64,000 nucleotides of DNA from Candidatus Obscuribacteraceae bacterium (lineage in GTDB: Bacteria > Cyanobacteriota > Vampirovibrionia > Obscuribacterales > Obscuribacteraceae), in contig JBGASG010000002.1 of assembly GCA_044229845.1 (NCBI GenBank), positions 448,001-512,000 on the forward strand. Reading direction: 5' to 3'. The translations under genes and the position numbers were made by a program. This document shows positions 17,608 through 27,717 of this stretch, one piece after another; position 1 is the stretch's first letter; the number at the start of each line of letters is the position of its first letter. Under the pieces are notes generated by a model. It was not told where the DNA came from and ran no database searches. It was given only the letters and a program-made list of their open reading frames with translations.

Positions 17608-18195
17608 ATGGTCATGCGTTTCTTTCCGGTTGGAAGGCAGTCTGTTTTCTGGCTGTCAGCCGTGTCGGCCGTGTCGGCATCAGTGTTTGCACTCTCGATC
17701 GCGCAAATTTGCTTGGCCAGCCAACCGGCAACCGGCAACAACGCCACTCTCCAGTGCGACGTCAAGAAAGCCAGCGCCTGGGTCAACGAAGAGAACATCG
17801 GAAAGAAACCAGCGGCAGACGAAAAGGACGTGCCGCTCCCGTATCGCACTTACGACTTCTACGCAGTCACCGACGTCACCGTCACCAACAAAACCAGCGC
17901 GTCGCTGCCGGTTTCTCTCTCCGCCGTAGAACTGTCCATCAATGGTAAGCCCTGCGCCGCGCCGGTGCTCAGCCTTGATTCCAAAGACGTCCAGGTCGAC
18001 AAAGACCTGCGTCACTTCCAGCTGCCCGGCAAGAAAAAGGCGAACGTCTCCATCCGCATGGCGGGCAACTACGGCATCAAACATAAGAACGGGACACCGG
18101 TGATCTCGAAGATCACACTCAATGCCGGTAAGGAAGAGATCAAGGTGTCTTCGAAGACTCAGTTCGACGACGCCTTCGTGGGCTTGCAGAAGTGA
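17608..18195 (+). CDS. Hypothetical exported protein
   Basis: Signal-like N-terminus, beta-rich body; GTGA overlap with the next gene. Confidence 0.7.
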   Translation: MVMRFFPVGRQSVFWLSAVSAVSASVFALSIAQICLASQPATGNNATLQCDVKKASAWVNEENIGKKPAADEKDVPLPYRTYDFYAVTDVTVTNKTSASLPVSLSAVELSINGKPCAAPVLSLDSKDVQVDKDLRHFQLPGKKKANVSIRMAGNYGIKHKNGTPVISKITLNAGKEEIKVSSKTQFDDAFVGLQK

Positions 18196-18716
18196 CACCG
18201 GAAGAACAAGTCAAAGAAGCGATCGCGCTCGGCGACCAGCAGGAGAGCTACGGCAACTTCGCCGAGTCGCACGAAAAGTTTGCCGCGGCGGTGGCATTAT
18301 GCTGGCAGCATAATCTGCCGGCTGCACTGGCGGCGATTGCTTTGACGCGGGTGGCTGTAAATGCAGTCAACAGAGACGACAACGAAACAGCAGATAGTAA
18401 CTTTCAGGCGGCAATCACCGCCTTTGAAGCTGACGAAACAAGAAGCAATCTCGAATATGCAGATTGCCTGACGCACTACGGACACTTCTTGCGCGGCGCC
18501 AAACAATGGAGTCCGGCAGTAGACCAGTACGCAAAAGCCTATATTCTCTACCGAGAGATAACCAGTCTGCCGGCAGCAGATGTGCAGCAACGCAGACTGG
18601 CGTTGCGCAATTCGCTCAAGTCAACGGCTGAGCAATCTGATGACGCTGTGCGCGATCAACTGCGGGAGCGCGTACACGCAATGCTGCCTCGCAAAGACTC
18701 ACCTTTGTTTCCATAG
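18192..18716 (+). CDS. Small TPR-like helical protein
   Basis: TPR-like Ala patterns (YADCLTHYGHFL..AVDQYAKA); translationally coupled GTG start. Confidence 0.65.
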   Translation: MTPEEQVKEAIALGDQQESYGNFAESHEKFAAAVALCWQHNLPAALAAIALTRVAVNAVNRDDNETADSNFQAAITAFEADETRSNLEYADCLTHYGHFLRGAKQWSPAVDQYAKAYILYREITSLPAADVQQRRLALRNSLKSTAEQSDDAVRDQLRERVHAMLPRKDSPLFP

Positions 18717-18736
18717 TCTCGTGTCTGCGTCCCGGC

Positions 18737-19642
18737 TCAGCAGGAGCCGATGCCCTGCTCGTCGGCGTGATAACTGCTGCGGACAAGCGGACCGGAGAAC
18801 ACATTGCCAAATCCCATCGACATACCAACTTCTCTATAGAAGTCGAAAGTGTCGGGATCGACCCAGCGTTCTACAGGCAGATGCTTTTCAGTCGGTTGCA
18901 TGTACTGTCCGATGGTTACCAGGTCGACGTCGCTGGCTTTCAGAGAGCCGAGCAGACCGATAATCTCAGCGTCCGTCTCGCCCAGTCCAACCATGAAACC
19001 GGATTTAGTCGTCAGCCCTTGCTCTTTCGCTCGCTTCAAAAGTTCTAAGCTACGCTCGAAACGAGCCTGCGGTCGCACTTTTAAGTAGAGACGCGGAACG
19101 GTTTCCACGTTGTGGTTGAGCACGTCGGGACGAGCATCAATGACTGTCTGCAGCGACTCCCAGTTTCCGCAAAAGTCGGGGATCAAAACTTCGATGCGGG
19201 TGCCGGGCGACTCGGCGCGCACGCGATTGATCGTTTCTGCCCAGATGGCAGCTCCACCGTCCTTAAGTTCATCTCGGTTGACGGAGGTGATCACCGCATA
19301 CTTGAGCTGCATGAGGCGAATAGCCTCAGCAACGCGGCGCGGTTCGTCCAGGTCAAGCTCCGTCGGCTTGCCCGTAATCACATTGCAGAAGCCGCAGCTG
19401 CGCGTGCAGACGTTCCCGAGAATCATCACCGTCGCAGTACCGCGCGTCCAGCACTCACCACGATTGGGACAGGCTGCCGACTCGCAGACAGTATGCAGCG
19501 CGTTTTCTTCGACGATTTCGCGGACTTTGAGAAACGGTCCGCTACTCGGAATGCGCACCTTCAACCAGGGCGGCTTTTCCGTGCGCCGCTTGCGGTGCGG
19601 CTCTTGCACAGACTGGATGTCAGCAATGTCTTTAGGATTCAT
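18737..19642 (-). CDS. lipA: Lipoyl synthase
   Basis: KPPWLK, LHTVCESAACPNRGEC, CTRSCGFC and GPLVRSSYHA. Confidence 0.97.
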   Translation of the reverse strand: MNPKDIADIQSVQEPHRKRRTEKPPWLKVRIPSSGPFLKVREIVEENALHTVCESAACPNRGECWTRGTATVMILGNVCTRSCGFCNVITGKPTELDLDEPRRVAEAIRLMQLKYAVITSVNRDELKDGGAAIWAETINRVRAESPGTRIEVLIPDFCGNWESLQTVIDARPDVLNHNVETVPRLYLKVRPQARFERSLELLKRAKEQGLTTKSGFMVGLGETDAEIIGLLGSLKASDVDLVTIGQYMQPTEKHLPVERWVDPDTFDFYREVGMSMGFGNVFSGPLVRSSYHADEQGIGSC

Positions 19643-19865
19643 TCAACTTTCCGCTTGGACACTGGGTTTCGCGCCACCAGATTGAACAAAATAATAATTC
19701 TTGTCGCGCTCCATCTATGTAATACTTCCGAATTGTTAGATGGCGGCGTGAGAGCTGATTCTAGCAGTTGTCACCAGCCTGCTAACAATCTGAATAATAG
19801 TTTCAACCCCGGTTTACAGAACTCCGCAAGGAACCACTGTAGACCTCACAGGAAGTAACCCCGCT

Positions 19866-21026
19866 ATGCCAAGAAAAGCATTGGAGTTCTCGGCGAAACT
19901 GGAGTATCTCTCGATACTCGACGAGAACGGCAAAGTTGATGCACAGCTCGAACCGAAGATTGATGCGAAAGACCTGAAAGAGATGTTTCGCTGGATGCTC
20001 ATGGCTCGCCGAGTCGATGAACGTCTGTTGAAATTGCAACGTCAGGGTCGCATCGGCACGTTCCCGCAAGCGACCGGACACGAAGCGATCAGCCTGGGCT
20101 CCATCTGGCACATGAAACCGACCGATTGGTTTGTGCCCGCATATCGCGAATTGGCTGGATTCCTGTACCGCGGTTGGACACTGGAAACCATCCTTCTCTA
20201 CTGGATGGGCTTCGAAGAAGGCGCAATGCCACCGGAAGGTGTACGCGATCTGCCGATTGCCGTTCCGGTTGCCAGTCAACTTCTGCATGCAGCCGGCATG
20301 GGTATGGCTAACAACATTCGCGGCGACAAGAATGTCGTCATGACTTACATGGGCGACGGCGCCACCTCCGAAGGCGACACCCACGAAGCTCTCAACTTCG
20401 CCTCCGTATTTGATGCACCGGTTGTCTTCATCTGTCTGAACAACCAGTACGCCATTTCGGTGCCGCTCCACAAACAGATGCACTGCGAGACGGTCGCCCA
20501 ACGCGCCGTTGCTTATTCAATTCCAGGCATCCGCATCGACGGCAACGACGTCCTCGCTATGTACGTCGCCGCCAACGAAGCTGTAGACAGAGCCCGCAAC
20601 GGCGGTGGACCGACGTTGATCGAAGCGCTCACGTATCGCTACACACCGCACACGACAGCCGATGAACCGAAGCGCTATCGTCCGGAAGCTGAAGCCGCCG
20701 AGTGGCAAGCTAAGGAGCCGCTCATCCGCTTCGAGAAATACTTGAAGAACAAAGGCATCATGACCGACGCCGATCGCCAAAAGATGGAAGACGAAATCGA
20801 AAATCAGATTCAAGAAGCCATCAAGAAAGTGGAAGTGATGGTCAAACAACCACCGCTTTCCGATCCGCTCGTCATGTTCGATCATCTGTACAAAGACATC
20901 CCGCCGTTCCTGCAAGAGCAGCGTGACGAACTGGCCCGCGACCTCGGACTGGATCAAAAAGGCCCGAAGAAAAAAGAAAACGGCAACACGGAAAAGAACA
21001 AACAAACCGCAGGAAAGGGGGCCTAG
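19866..21026 (+). CDS. pdhA: 2-oxoacid (pyruvate or branched-chain) dehydrogenase E1 alpha subunit
   Basis: LQRQGRIG, TPP motif GDGATSEGD...NNQYAIS and HTTAD. Substrate specificity not determinable from sequence alone. Confidence 0.9.
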   Translation: MPRKALEFSAKLEYLSILDENGKVDAQLEPKIDAKDLKEMFRWMLMARRVDERLLKLQRQGRIGTFPQATGHEAISLGSIWHMKPTDWFVPAYRELAGFLYRGWTLETILLYWMGFEEGAMPPEGVRDLPIAVPVASQLLHAAGMGMANNIRGDKNVVMTYMGDGATSEGDTHEALNFASVFDAPVVFICLNNQYAISVPLHKQMHCETVAQRAVAYSIPGIRIDGNDVLAMYVAANEAVDRARNGGGPTLIEALTYRYTPHTTADEPKRYRPEAEAAEWQAKEPLIRFEKYLKNKGIMTDADRQKMEDEIENQIQEAIKKVEVMVKQPPLSDPLVMFDHLYKDIPPFLQEQRDELARDLGLDQKGPKKKENGNTEKNKQTAGKGA

Positions 21027-21030
21027 TACC

Positions 21031-22011
21031 ATGGCTGAAATGAACATGGCAAAAGCCATCAACCTGGCACTGCATGAAGCAATGCAGCGCGACGACCGCG
21101 TAGTCGTCATGGGAGAAGACGTCGGTCCCGATGAAGGCGTTTTCCGTATCACCGAAGGACTGCACACCAAATTCGGTGACAAGCGCGTCATCGACACGCC
21201 GCTTGCCGAATCCGGCATCATCGGTACCGCCATCGGTATGGCTATCTATGGAATGCGTCCGGTCGCCGAAATTCAATTCTCCGGTTTTGACTATTACGCT
21301 TATCACCAACTGGAGATGCACGCCGGTCGCTTCCGCAACCGCACCCGCGGTCGGATTAATGTACCGATGGTCATGCGCGCCCCGTCCGGCGGTGGCATCC
21401 GCGCCATCGAACACCACAGCGAAAGCCGCGAAGCCATCTACGCACACTCGCCCGGTTTGAAAGTGGTCATGCCTTCGGGACCGCGCGTTGCCCGCGCCCT
21501 CCTGCATGCCGCCATTCAAGACGACGATGCCGTCATCTACTACGAACCGAAAGCGCTCTATCGTCTGTTCAAGGAAGAAGTTCCGGACCAGATTGAAACC
21601 CTGCAAATCGGTCGTGCCCAGGTGGCTCGTCCAGGCAGCGACATCACCATCGTCTCCTACGGCGCCAGCATGCGCGCCGCCCTGGAAGCCGCAGAAATGC
21701 TCGATGAAGAAGATGGCGTCAAGGCTGAAGTCATCGACCTCTTGTCCATCTGCCCGCTCGATACCGATACGGTCGTCGAGTCGGTGGCAAAAACAGGACG
21801 CGCAGTTGTCGTGCACGAAGGTCCGCGCACCTGCGGTATGGCGGCCGAGATCATCGCCCGCATCAACGAGAAGGTGTTGCTCAATCTGGAAGCGCCGGTG
21901 ATTCGCGTTACCGGTTACGACTTGCCGATTCCCTACTTCGCTCGCGAGAGGGCTTACCTGCCTGACGCAGACAAGGTAGTCAGAGCTGCACGTCAAACGC
22001 TCAACTTCTAA
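21031..22011 (+). CDS. pdhB: 2-oxoacid dehydrogenase E1 beta subunit
   Basis: GEDVG..GVFRIT, DTPLAESGIIG and EHHSE; start ATG 21031. Confidence 0.92.
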   Translation: MAEMNMAKAINLALHEAMQRDDRVVVMGEDVGPDEGVFRITEGLHTKFGDKRVIDTPLAESGIIGTAIGMAIYGMRPVAEIQFSGFDYYAYHQLEMHAGRFRNRTRGRINVPMVMRAPSGGGIRAIEHHSESREAIYAHSPGLKVVMPSGPRVARALLHAAIQDDDAVIYYEPKALYRLFKEEVPDQIETLQIGRAQVARPGSDITIVSYGASMRAALEAAEMLDEEDGVKAEVIDLLSICPLDTDTVVESVAKTGRAVVVHEGPRTCGMAAEIIARINEKVLLNLEAPVIRVTGYDLPIPYFARERAYLPDADKVVRAARQTLNF

Positions 22012-22016
22012 TATGC

Positions 22017-22062
22017 GCGAGGCGAGACTCAATAATTGAAAGTCTCGCCTCGCTACTTTTTT
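22017..22062 (+). terminator. Intrinsic terminator-like hairpin between the E1 beta and E2 genes
   Basis: 13-bp stem GCGAGGCGAGACT/AGTCTCGCCTCGC followed by TACTTTTTT. Confidence 0.75.
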
Positions 22063-22086
22063 CTATAGAGGGGTAGAAAAACGAAC

Positions 22087-23520
22087 ATGGAATTCAAACT
22101 GCCGGATCTTGGAGAAGGACTCCACGAAGCAGAGATTCTCAACATACTGGTCAAAGAAGGCGATCAGGTCAAAGAAGATCAGCCTATCTTCGAGGTAGAA
22201 ACCGACAAAGCCGTCGCCACCATCGATGCTCCCTGCACAGGCAAGGTTCTGAAGATCATGGTGAAGGTTGGAGAGATCGCCAAAGTCGGCAACGTGATTA
22301 TTACCTTCGACACTGCCGATGGTGCAGTCTTGCCCGAGCGCGAAGCACCTTCGGAAGAAGGTGCGCATTCCAAAACCACCAAGCCGCCCGTCAATGTGCC
22401 AGCAGATCGCGAAGCCGCCGCTGCCGCCTCCGGCAATGGTGGACGCAGCTATCAGCATGCCGCACCGGCCGCTGTAGTCGCCGCAGGACCTGTGGCAGCC
22501 GCTCCAGCCACCCGCCGTCTGGCTCGCGAAATGGGCGTCGATTTGAAATTGATTCAGGGCACCGGTCCCGGAGGACGCATCCTTAAAGAAGATCTGCGCG
22601 CTTACGCTGAAGGCGTTCCCGGCAGCGCTCGGACCCCACAGACGGCCGGCGCCACCGCTACGGCTACCCAAACCACCAGCAAGCACACAGCTCCAGCCGC
22701 CCCCGGAAACGGTGGACGGCACACACCGCCGACTCGCCGTGATGAGGGACCGAGTGAACCTTTCACCCCATCGCCGATGTCGTTAACTCCCTTCGAGATG
22801 CCCGACTTCTCGAAGTACGGACCGGTCGAACGCGTGCCGCTGCGCTCACTGCGTCGCAAAATCGCCAACAACATGGCGCTGTCGTGGCAACATGTTCCGC
22901 ACGTCACGTCTTTCGACGAGATTGATATCACCGACATCGAAATGTATCGCCAGAAGCATGAGAAGTCTGTCTCAGAGCGCGGCGGCAAGCTGACGCTGAC
23001 AGTTCTGGCTCTGAAAGCCATCGTTGCCGGTTTGAAACTGTATCCGCAATTCAACTCCAGCCTCGATGAAGCGACCGGCGAGATCGTCTACAAGTACTAC
23101 TACAACATCGGCATCGCAGTCGCCACAGATCGCGGCTTGATCGTTCCGGTAATCAAGGATGTCGATAAGAAGAGCATCTTGGAACTATCGATCGAACTGG
23201 CAGAGATCGCCCAGAAGACCCGCGAAGGAAAAATCGAAGTCGACCGCCTGCAGGGCGGCACCTTCACCGTCACCAATATCGGCGCAATCGGCGGCACCGG
23301 CATGGTGCCCATGGTCAACTATCCGGAGTGCGCGATCTTAGGCATGGCACGAGCCGCCGAGAAGCCTGCCGTGCGCAATGGCGAAATCGTCATCCGCACA
23401 CTGATGAACGTGGCTCTCTCCTTCGACCATCGCATCGCCGATGGTGCCGAAGCTGCCTACTTCGTCCGTCACATTTCAGAATGCCTGTCCGATCCCTTCA
23501 AGCTGCTGATGGAGGTATAG
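22087..23520 (+). CDS. pdhC: Dihydrolipoamide acyltransferase E2 (single lipoyl domain)
   Basis: ETDKA lipoyl site, PATRRLARE..GTGPGGRI E3-binding domain and catalytic DHRIADG. Confidence 0.93.
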   Translation: MEFKLPDLGEGLHEAEILNILVKEGDQVKEDQPIFEVETDKAVATIDAPCTGKVLKIMVKVGEIAKVGNVIITFDTADGAVLPEREAPSEEGAHSKTTKPPVNVPADREAAAAASGNGGRSYQHAAPAAVVAAGPVAAAPATRRLAREMGVDLKLIQGTGPGGRILKEDLRAYAEGVPGSARTPQTAGATATATQTTSKHTAPAAPGNGGRHTPPTRRDEGPSEPFTPSPMSLTPFEMPDFSKYGPVERVPLRSLRRKIANNMALSWQHVPHVTSFDEIDITDIEMYRQKHEKSVSERGGKLTLTVLALKAIVAGLKLYPQFNSSLDEATGEIVYKYYYNIGIAVATDRGLIVPVIKDVDKKSILELSIELAEIAQKTREGKIEVDRLQGGTFTVTNIGAIGGTGMVPMVNYPECAILGMARAAEKPAVRNGEIVIRTLMNVALSFDHRIADGAEAAYFVRHISECLSDPFKLLMEV

Positions 23521-23523
23521 TCC

Positions 23524-24966
23524 ATGGTTGTCGGCGAAATGGTATTGGACATCGACCTGGTCGTCATCGGCGCCGGTCCGGGTGGCTATACAGCGGCTCT
23601 GCGCGCGAAAGAACTGGGAATCAAAACAGTGCTGGTCGATGCTGCGCCCAAACCGGGCGGCGTTTGCCTGCACGTCGGTTGCATCCCATCGAAAGCTCTT
23701 TTGCATGCAGCGGAAGTGATCAACGAAACAAAGACCGCCGCGTCCTTCGGATTGCATTTCGACAAACCGAAAATCAACGTCGACGAACTGCGCAACTGGA
23801 AGCTCTCCGTCAGCGACAAGCTGGCAGGCGGCATCGCCTCTAAATGCAAAAGCGCCGGCATCGACATCATCAACGGCACCGCTGAGTTTCAAGATTCCAA
23901 AAATGTGCGCGTGCAATGCCCAGGCGAATCCGCCGTGCGCATCAAGTTCAAGCACGCCATTCTCGCCACCGGCTCGCGTCCGGTGATGCCCAAGATGTTC
24001 GATATCGGCAGCGAACGTGTTGTTGATTCGACCGGAGCCCTGGACATTCACGACATACCGAAGCGCTTGCTCGTAGTCGGCGGCGGCTACATCGGCATGG
24101 AACTGGGAACAGTCTACGCAGCCCTGGGCAGCGAAGTCACCGTCGTCGAAATGATGGATGGACTGATCATGGGCGCCGACCGCGATCTGGTCCGCCCGCT
24201 GCACACTCATGTGCAGAGCATCTTCAAAGCCATCTATCTGAACACCAAAGTCACCAAAGTCGAAGACAAAGGCAAGGAAGTCGAAGCTTTCTTCGAAGGA
24301 AAAGATGCGCCTGCCAGCGCCAAGTTCGACAAAGTGCTCGTCTCTGTCGGCCGTCGCCCCAACAGCGATAGCCTGGCACTGGACACCACGCAAGTCACCA
24401 TCGACGAGCATGGCTTCTGCACCATCGACGATCAGTGCCGCACCACCGACAAACGCATCTTTGCCATCGGCGATGTCTCCGGGCAGCCCATGTTGGCTCA
24501 CAGAGCCATGCGACAAGGCATTGTCGTTGCCGAAGTAATTGCTGGTCGCAAAACCATCTACGACAACCGCGCTGTCCCGGCAATTGTGTTCACCCAGCCG
24601 GAGATCGCCTGGACCGGACTGACAGAGACTGAAGCGAAGGCGCAAGGCAAAGAAATTGCCAGCTCGAAGTTCCCCTGGTCGGCAAACGGACGCGCTCACT
24701 CGCTCGGCGAGCCAACCGGAACCACGAAAGTAATCTTCGATCCACAGACCACCCAGGTGCTGGGAGTCGGCATCGTCGGACCACGCGCCGGTGAGTTGAT
24801 CACCGAAGCGGTTCTAGCAATCGAAATGGGTGCCGTGCTGGAAGACCTCGCCGTCACTATGCACCCTCACCCAACGCTTTCCGAGACGGTCAACGAAGCC
24901 GCGCTGGCAGCCCTGGCGCGCATGGAACGCCAGAAAGCCAAGGAAGCCGAACCGGCCGCCAAGTAA
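23524..24966 (+). CDS. lpdA: Dihydrolipoyl dehydrogenase E3
   Basis: GAGPGGY, GGVCLHVGCIPSK and HPHPTLSE. Confidence 0.96.
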   Translation: MVVGEMVLDIDLVVIGAGPGGYTAALRAKELGIKTVLVDAAPKPGGVCLHVGCIPSKALLHAAEVINETKTAASFGLHFDKPKINVDELRNWKLSVSDKLAGGIASKCKSAGIDIINGTAEFQDSKNVRVQCPGESAVRIKFKHAILATGSRPVMPKMFDIGSERVVDSTGALDIHDIPKRLLVVGGGYIGMELGTVYAALGSEVTVVEMMDGLIMGADRDLVRPLHTHVQSIFKAIYLNTKVTKVEDKGKEVEAFFEGKDAPASAKFDKVLVSVGRRPNSDSLALDTTQVTIDEHGFCTIDDQCRTTDKRIFAIGDVSGQPMLAHRAMRQGIVVAEVIAGRKTIYDNRAVPAIVFTQPEIAWTGLTETEAKAQGKEIASSKFPWSANGRAHSLGEPTGTTKVIFDPQTTQVLGVGIVGPRAGELITEAVLAIEMGAVLEDLAVTMHPHPTLSETVNEAALAALARMERQKAKEAEPAAK

Positions 24967-24971
24967 GTCGA

Positions 24972-25193
24972 TTAAGGCTTGTCACCGTCGGTGCCACCAG
25001 TTTCTTCGGCGGCACCGCGCTCGGTTTTCTTAGATGCCTTCTTCTCAGATGGCTGATTGTCCAGATGCTCGACTTCTTTGCCGCAGTTCTGGCTGACTTT
25101 GGCTTCCTCTACTGGAGCCTCACTGCTTTTTTGAGCGTCCAAATTCTTGTTCCGAGATTCGTCTTCCATATGGTGCACATCGCTGTTTGTCAT
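24972..25193 (-). CDS. Small hydrophilic hypothetical protein (73 aa)
   Basis: GGAGG RBS before ATG 25193; E/K/D/S-rich. Confidence 0.55.
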   Translation of the reverse strand: MTNSDVHHMEDESRNKNLDAQKSSEAPVEEAKVSQNCGKEVEHLDNQPSEKKASKKTERGAAEETGGTDGDKP

Positions 25194-25430
25194 GGCTGTC
25201 GTCCTCCGCATGAAGGAGACTGCTGATTGGACGCCTGAGTTCCGCCACGCCACCCCAAATCATCTGCGCCACAAACTGAACCATGAGCTCCCTTTGCAGG
25301 AAACATTGGATACATGTAATCCGCTATAACGGGTTTTGGAGCCGATTTCGAGCCTTAGCTCGTTGTCATACAGCGGCAGGGGCGATATCCTGTTGCAGAT
25401 ATAGATGATATCTCCGGCGGGAGGGGAAAT

Positions 25431-26951
25431 ATGGCTGTTACGCAAAGCGCCGTCGCCACAATCAAAATGTTCATCGACGGCAAATGGGTGGATTCGAGTG
25501 CCAAGAACACGACACCGGTGTTCAACCCTTCCACAGGCGAGGAAATCGCTAAAGTGCCGGTCGGCACTCGCGAAGACGTGGACAAAGCTGTTCAGTCAGC
25601 GCAAAAGGCCTTCTTAGAATGGCGCGAAGTACCGCCGGTTGAGCGGGCCCGGGTCATGTTCAAATTCAAAGCATTGCTCGATGCCAACTACGACAGGATT
25701 GCACAGTCAGTCTGCCGCGAACACGGCAAGACAATGGCTGAGGCTAAGGCCTCGGTTTTCCGCGGCATTGAAGTCGTTGAGTTCGCGCTCGGCATTCCCA
25801 GTCTCTTGATGGGCGAATGCATCGAAAACATCGCCACCAACGTCGACTGCGAAACGATGCGCCATCCGATCGGAGTGTGCGCCGGCATCACACCCTTCAA
25901 CTTCCCGGCCATGGTGCCGCTCTGGATGTACCCGATTGCCATTACCTGCGGCAACACTTTCGTTCTCAAACCATCCGAGAAGGTACCGCTGACCGCGATG
26001 CTGATCGCCGAACTTTTGCAGGAAGCCGGTCTGCCACCAGGCGTTCTCAATATAGTGCACGGCGGCAAAGAATCAGTAGATGCTATCCTCGAACACCCGC
26101 TGGTGAAGGCTGTTTCCTTCGTCGGTTCCACACCGATCGCCAAGTACATCTACACGCAAGGCACCGCCAACGGCAAACGCGTGCAATCGGCAGGCGGAGC
26201 CAAAAACCACATCATCATCATGCCTGATGCCGACATGGATCACACAGTGCAGGCACTGCAAGCCTCGGCATTTGGTTGCGCCGGCGAACGCTGCATGGCA
26301 GGCTCCATCGCTCTCCCGGTCGGCGACGCTGCAGAAATGCTGATTCCCAAACTGGTCGAGTCAGCCGGCAAGATGACTGTCGGCGCCACCGACAGCGGCG
26401 CCAAAGTGGACATGGGTCCTCTGGTCACCAAAGATCATCTCAACCGCGTGAAGAGCTTGATCGACAAGGGCGCCAGCGAAGGTGCCGACCTGGTACTGGA
26501 CGGCCGGACCATCTCAGTCAAAGACGCACCCAACGGCTATTATCTGGGACCGACCATCTTCGACAAAGCCAAACCAAGCATGTCGATCGTCAAAGAAGAA
26601 ATCTTTGGACCGGTACTGAGTGTGGTGCGCGTCAAAGACGTCGAGGAAGCCATCAAGACCGGCGATCAATGTGAATTCGGCAACGGCGCAGTGATCTTCA
26701 CAAGTTCCGGACATACCGCGCGGACTTTCAAACGCTACTTCAACGCCGGCATGATCGGCGTCAACGTCGGCGTCCCGGCGCCGATGGCCTGGTTCCCCTT
26801 CACCGGCTGGAACAACTCCTTCTACGGCGACCTGCACATTCAAGGTCGCGAGTCGATCCAGTTCTACACTCAACAGAAAATGACGATGACCCGCTGGTTC
26901 GAAACCAGCAAAGGCAAGTTCCAAGATCCGATCTGGAAGTCGAAGAACTAA
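25431..26951 (+). CDS. mmsA: CoA-acylating methylmalonate/malonate-semialdehyde dehydrogenase
   Basis: ITPFNFPAMVP, KPSEKVP, FVGSTP, GGAKNH, FGCAGERCMA, EEIFGP and NVGVPAP. Confidence 0.95.
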   Translation: MAVTQSAVATIKMFIDGKWVDSSAKNTTPVFNPSTGEEIAKVPVGTREDVDKAVQSAQKAFLEWREVPPVERARVMFKFKALLDANYDRIAQSVCREHGKTMAEAKASVFRGIEVVEFALGIPSLLMGECIENIATNVDCETMRHPIGVCAGITPFNFPAMVPLWMYPIAITCGNTFVLKPSEKVPLTAMLIAELLQEAGLPPGVLNIVHGGKESVDAILEHPLVKAVSFVGSTPIAKYIYTQGTANGKRVQSAGGAKNHIIIMPDADMDHTVQALQASAFGCAGERCMAGSIALPVGDAAEMLIPKLVESAGKMTVGATDSGAKVDMGPLVTKDHLNRVKSLIDKGASEGADLVLDGRTISVKDAPNGYYLGPTIFDKAKPSMSIVKEEIFGPVLSVVRVKDVEEAIKTGDQCEFGNGAVIFTSSGHTARTFKRYFNAGMIGVNVGVPAPMAWFPFTGWNNSFYGDLHIQGRESIQFYTQQKMTMTRWFETSKGKFQDPIWKSKN

Positions 26952-26978
26952 CTAGACTCCAGCGAATCCCTTTAGTTT

Positions 26979-27020
26979 GAAGCGGCACGCCAGCAAATGC
27001 TGGGGTGCCGTTTCTTCCCT
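26979..27020 (+). terminator. Terminator-like hairpin after mmsA
   Basis: Long imperfect stem GAAGCGGCACGCCAGCA/TGCTGGGGTGCCGTTTC with a pyrimidine tail. Confidence 0.65.
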
Positions 27021-27135
27021 TAGTCCAAAACAACACTAGTGTTGTTTTCAAGAGGATCCAGCCGTTGAACTTTTTGCACCTCTTTGACGTTTAAACAGAA
27101 GTGTTGATTTCCACAAAGAGCCGGAGGCATACCCC

Positions 27136-27717
27136 ATGATGATCAGAAGTGAGAGAGACCGCACAAAACTGAAAAAGCGACAAGTCAGGCTGGGGCATGT
27201 ACAACGCCGACTATTGTCGCTTCAACGTGATCTGGATGTTGATCTGACCAATGTGATCGATCAAATCAATGAGGACTTAAATGCAATTGCATTGCAGTTA
27301 GAGGAATACGATACGCAGTTGCGGGCGGACATGACCCAGATGACCGATGCCGGCGGCAGCGCCGACGACCCATTTGTGGTGATTCGCCTGGCACAGGAGT
27401 TGCCCGAGTGCTTAAAGAGAGCGCGCCGAATACTGGGTTTGTCTCAGACCGAGTTAGCAAAAGCGGCGGGTCTGAAGCCTCAACAAATCAATCGCTACGA
27501 GCAGGGCAACTACGAAAACATACAACTGTCTCATGCACTAGCTCTGTGCCGGGTGGTGGAACAAGAGCGACAGGATAGCGATGGTTTTGGGCTGATCTCT
27601 CAGCAGCGTCAGGCTTCGACTGGAACCGGCGCTGGTTCGCCAACTGAATCTGAAGACGCAGAAAGCGAAGATGGTGCGTTCGTATTCCCGTTCGAGGTTG
27701 ACTGCGCACCGGATTGA
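27136..27717 (+). CDS. XRE-family HTH protein with an N-terminal coiled-coil
   Basis: LKRARRILGLSQTELAKAAGLKPQQINRYE; GGAGG RBS. Confidence 0.85.
   Translation: MMIRSERDRTKLKKRQVRLGHVQRRLLSLQRDLDVDLTNVIDQINEDLNAIALQLEEYDTQLRADMTQMTDAGGSADDPFVVIRLAQELPECLKRARRILGLSQTELAKAAGLKPQQINRYEQGNYENIQLSHALALCRVVEQERQDSDGFGLISQQRQASTGTGAGSPTESEDAESEDGAFVFPFEVDCAPD

Noticed and set aside
20872..24699. Minus-strand ORFs 20872-22032 and 23476-24699
   Set aside because: Antisense shadows of E1 beta and lpdA.
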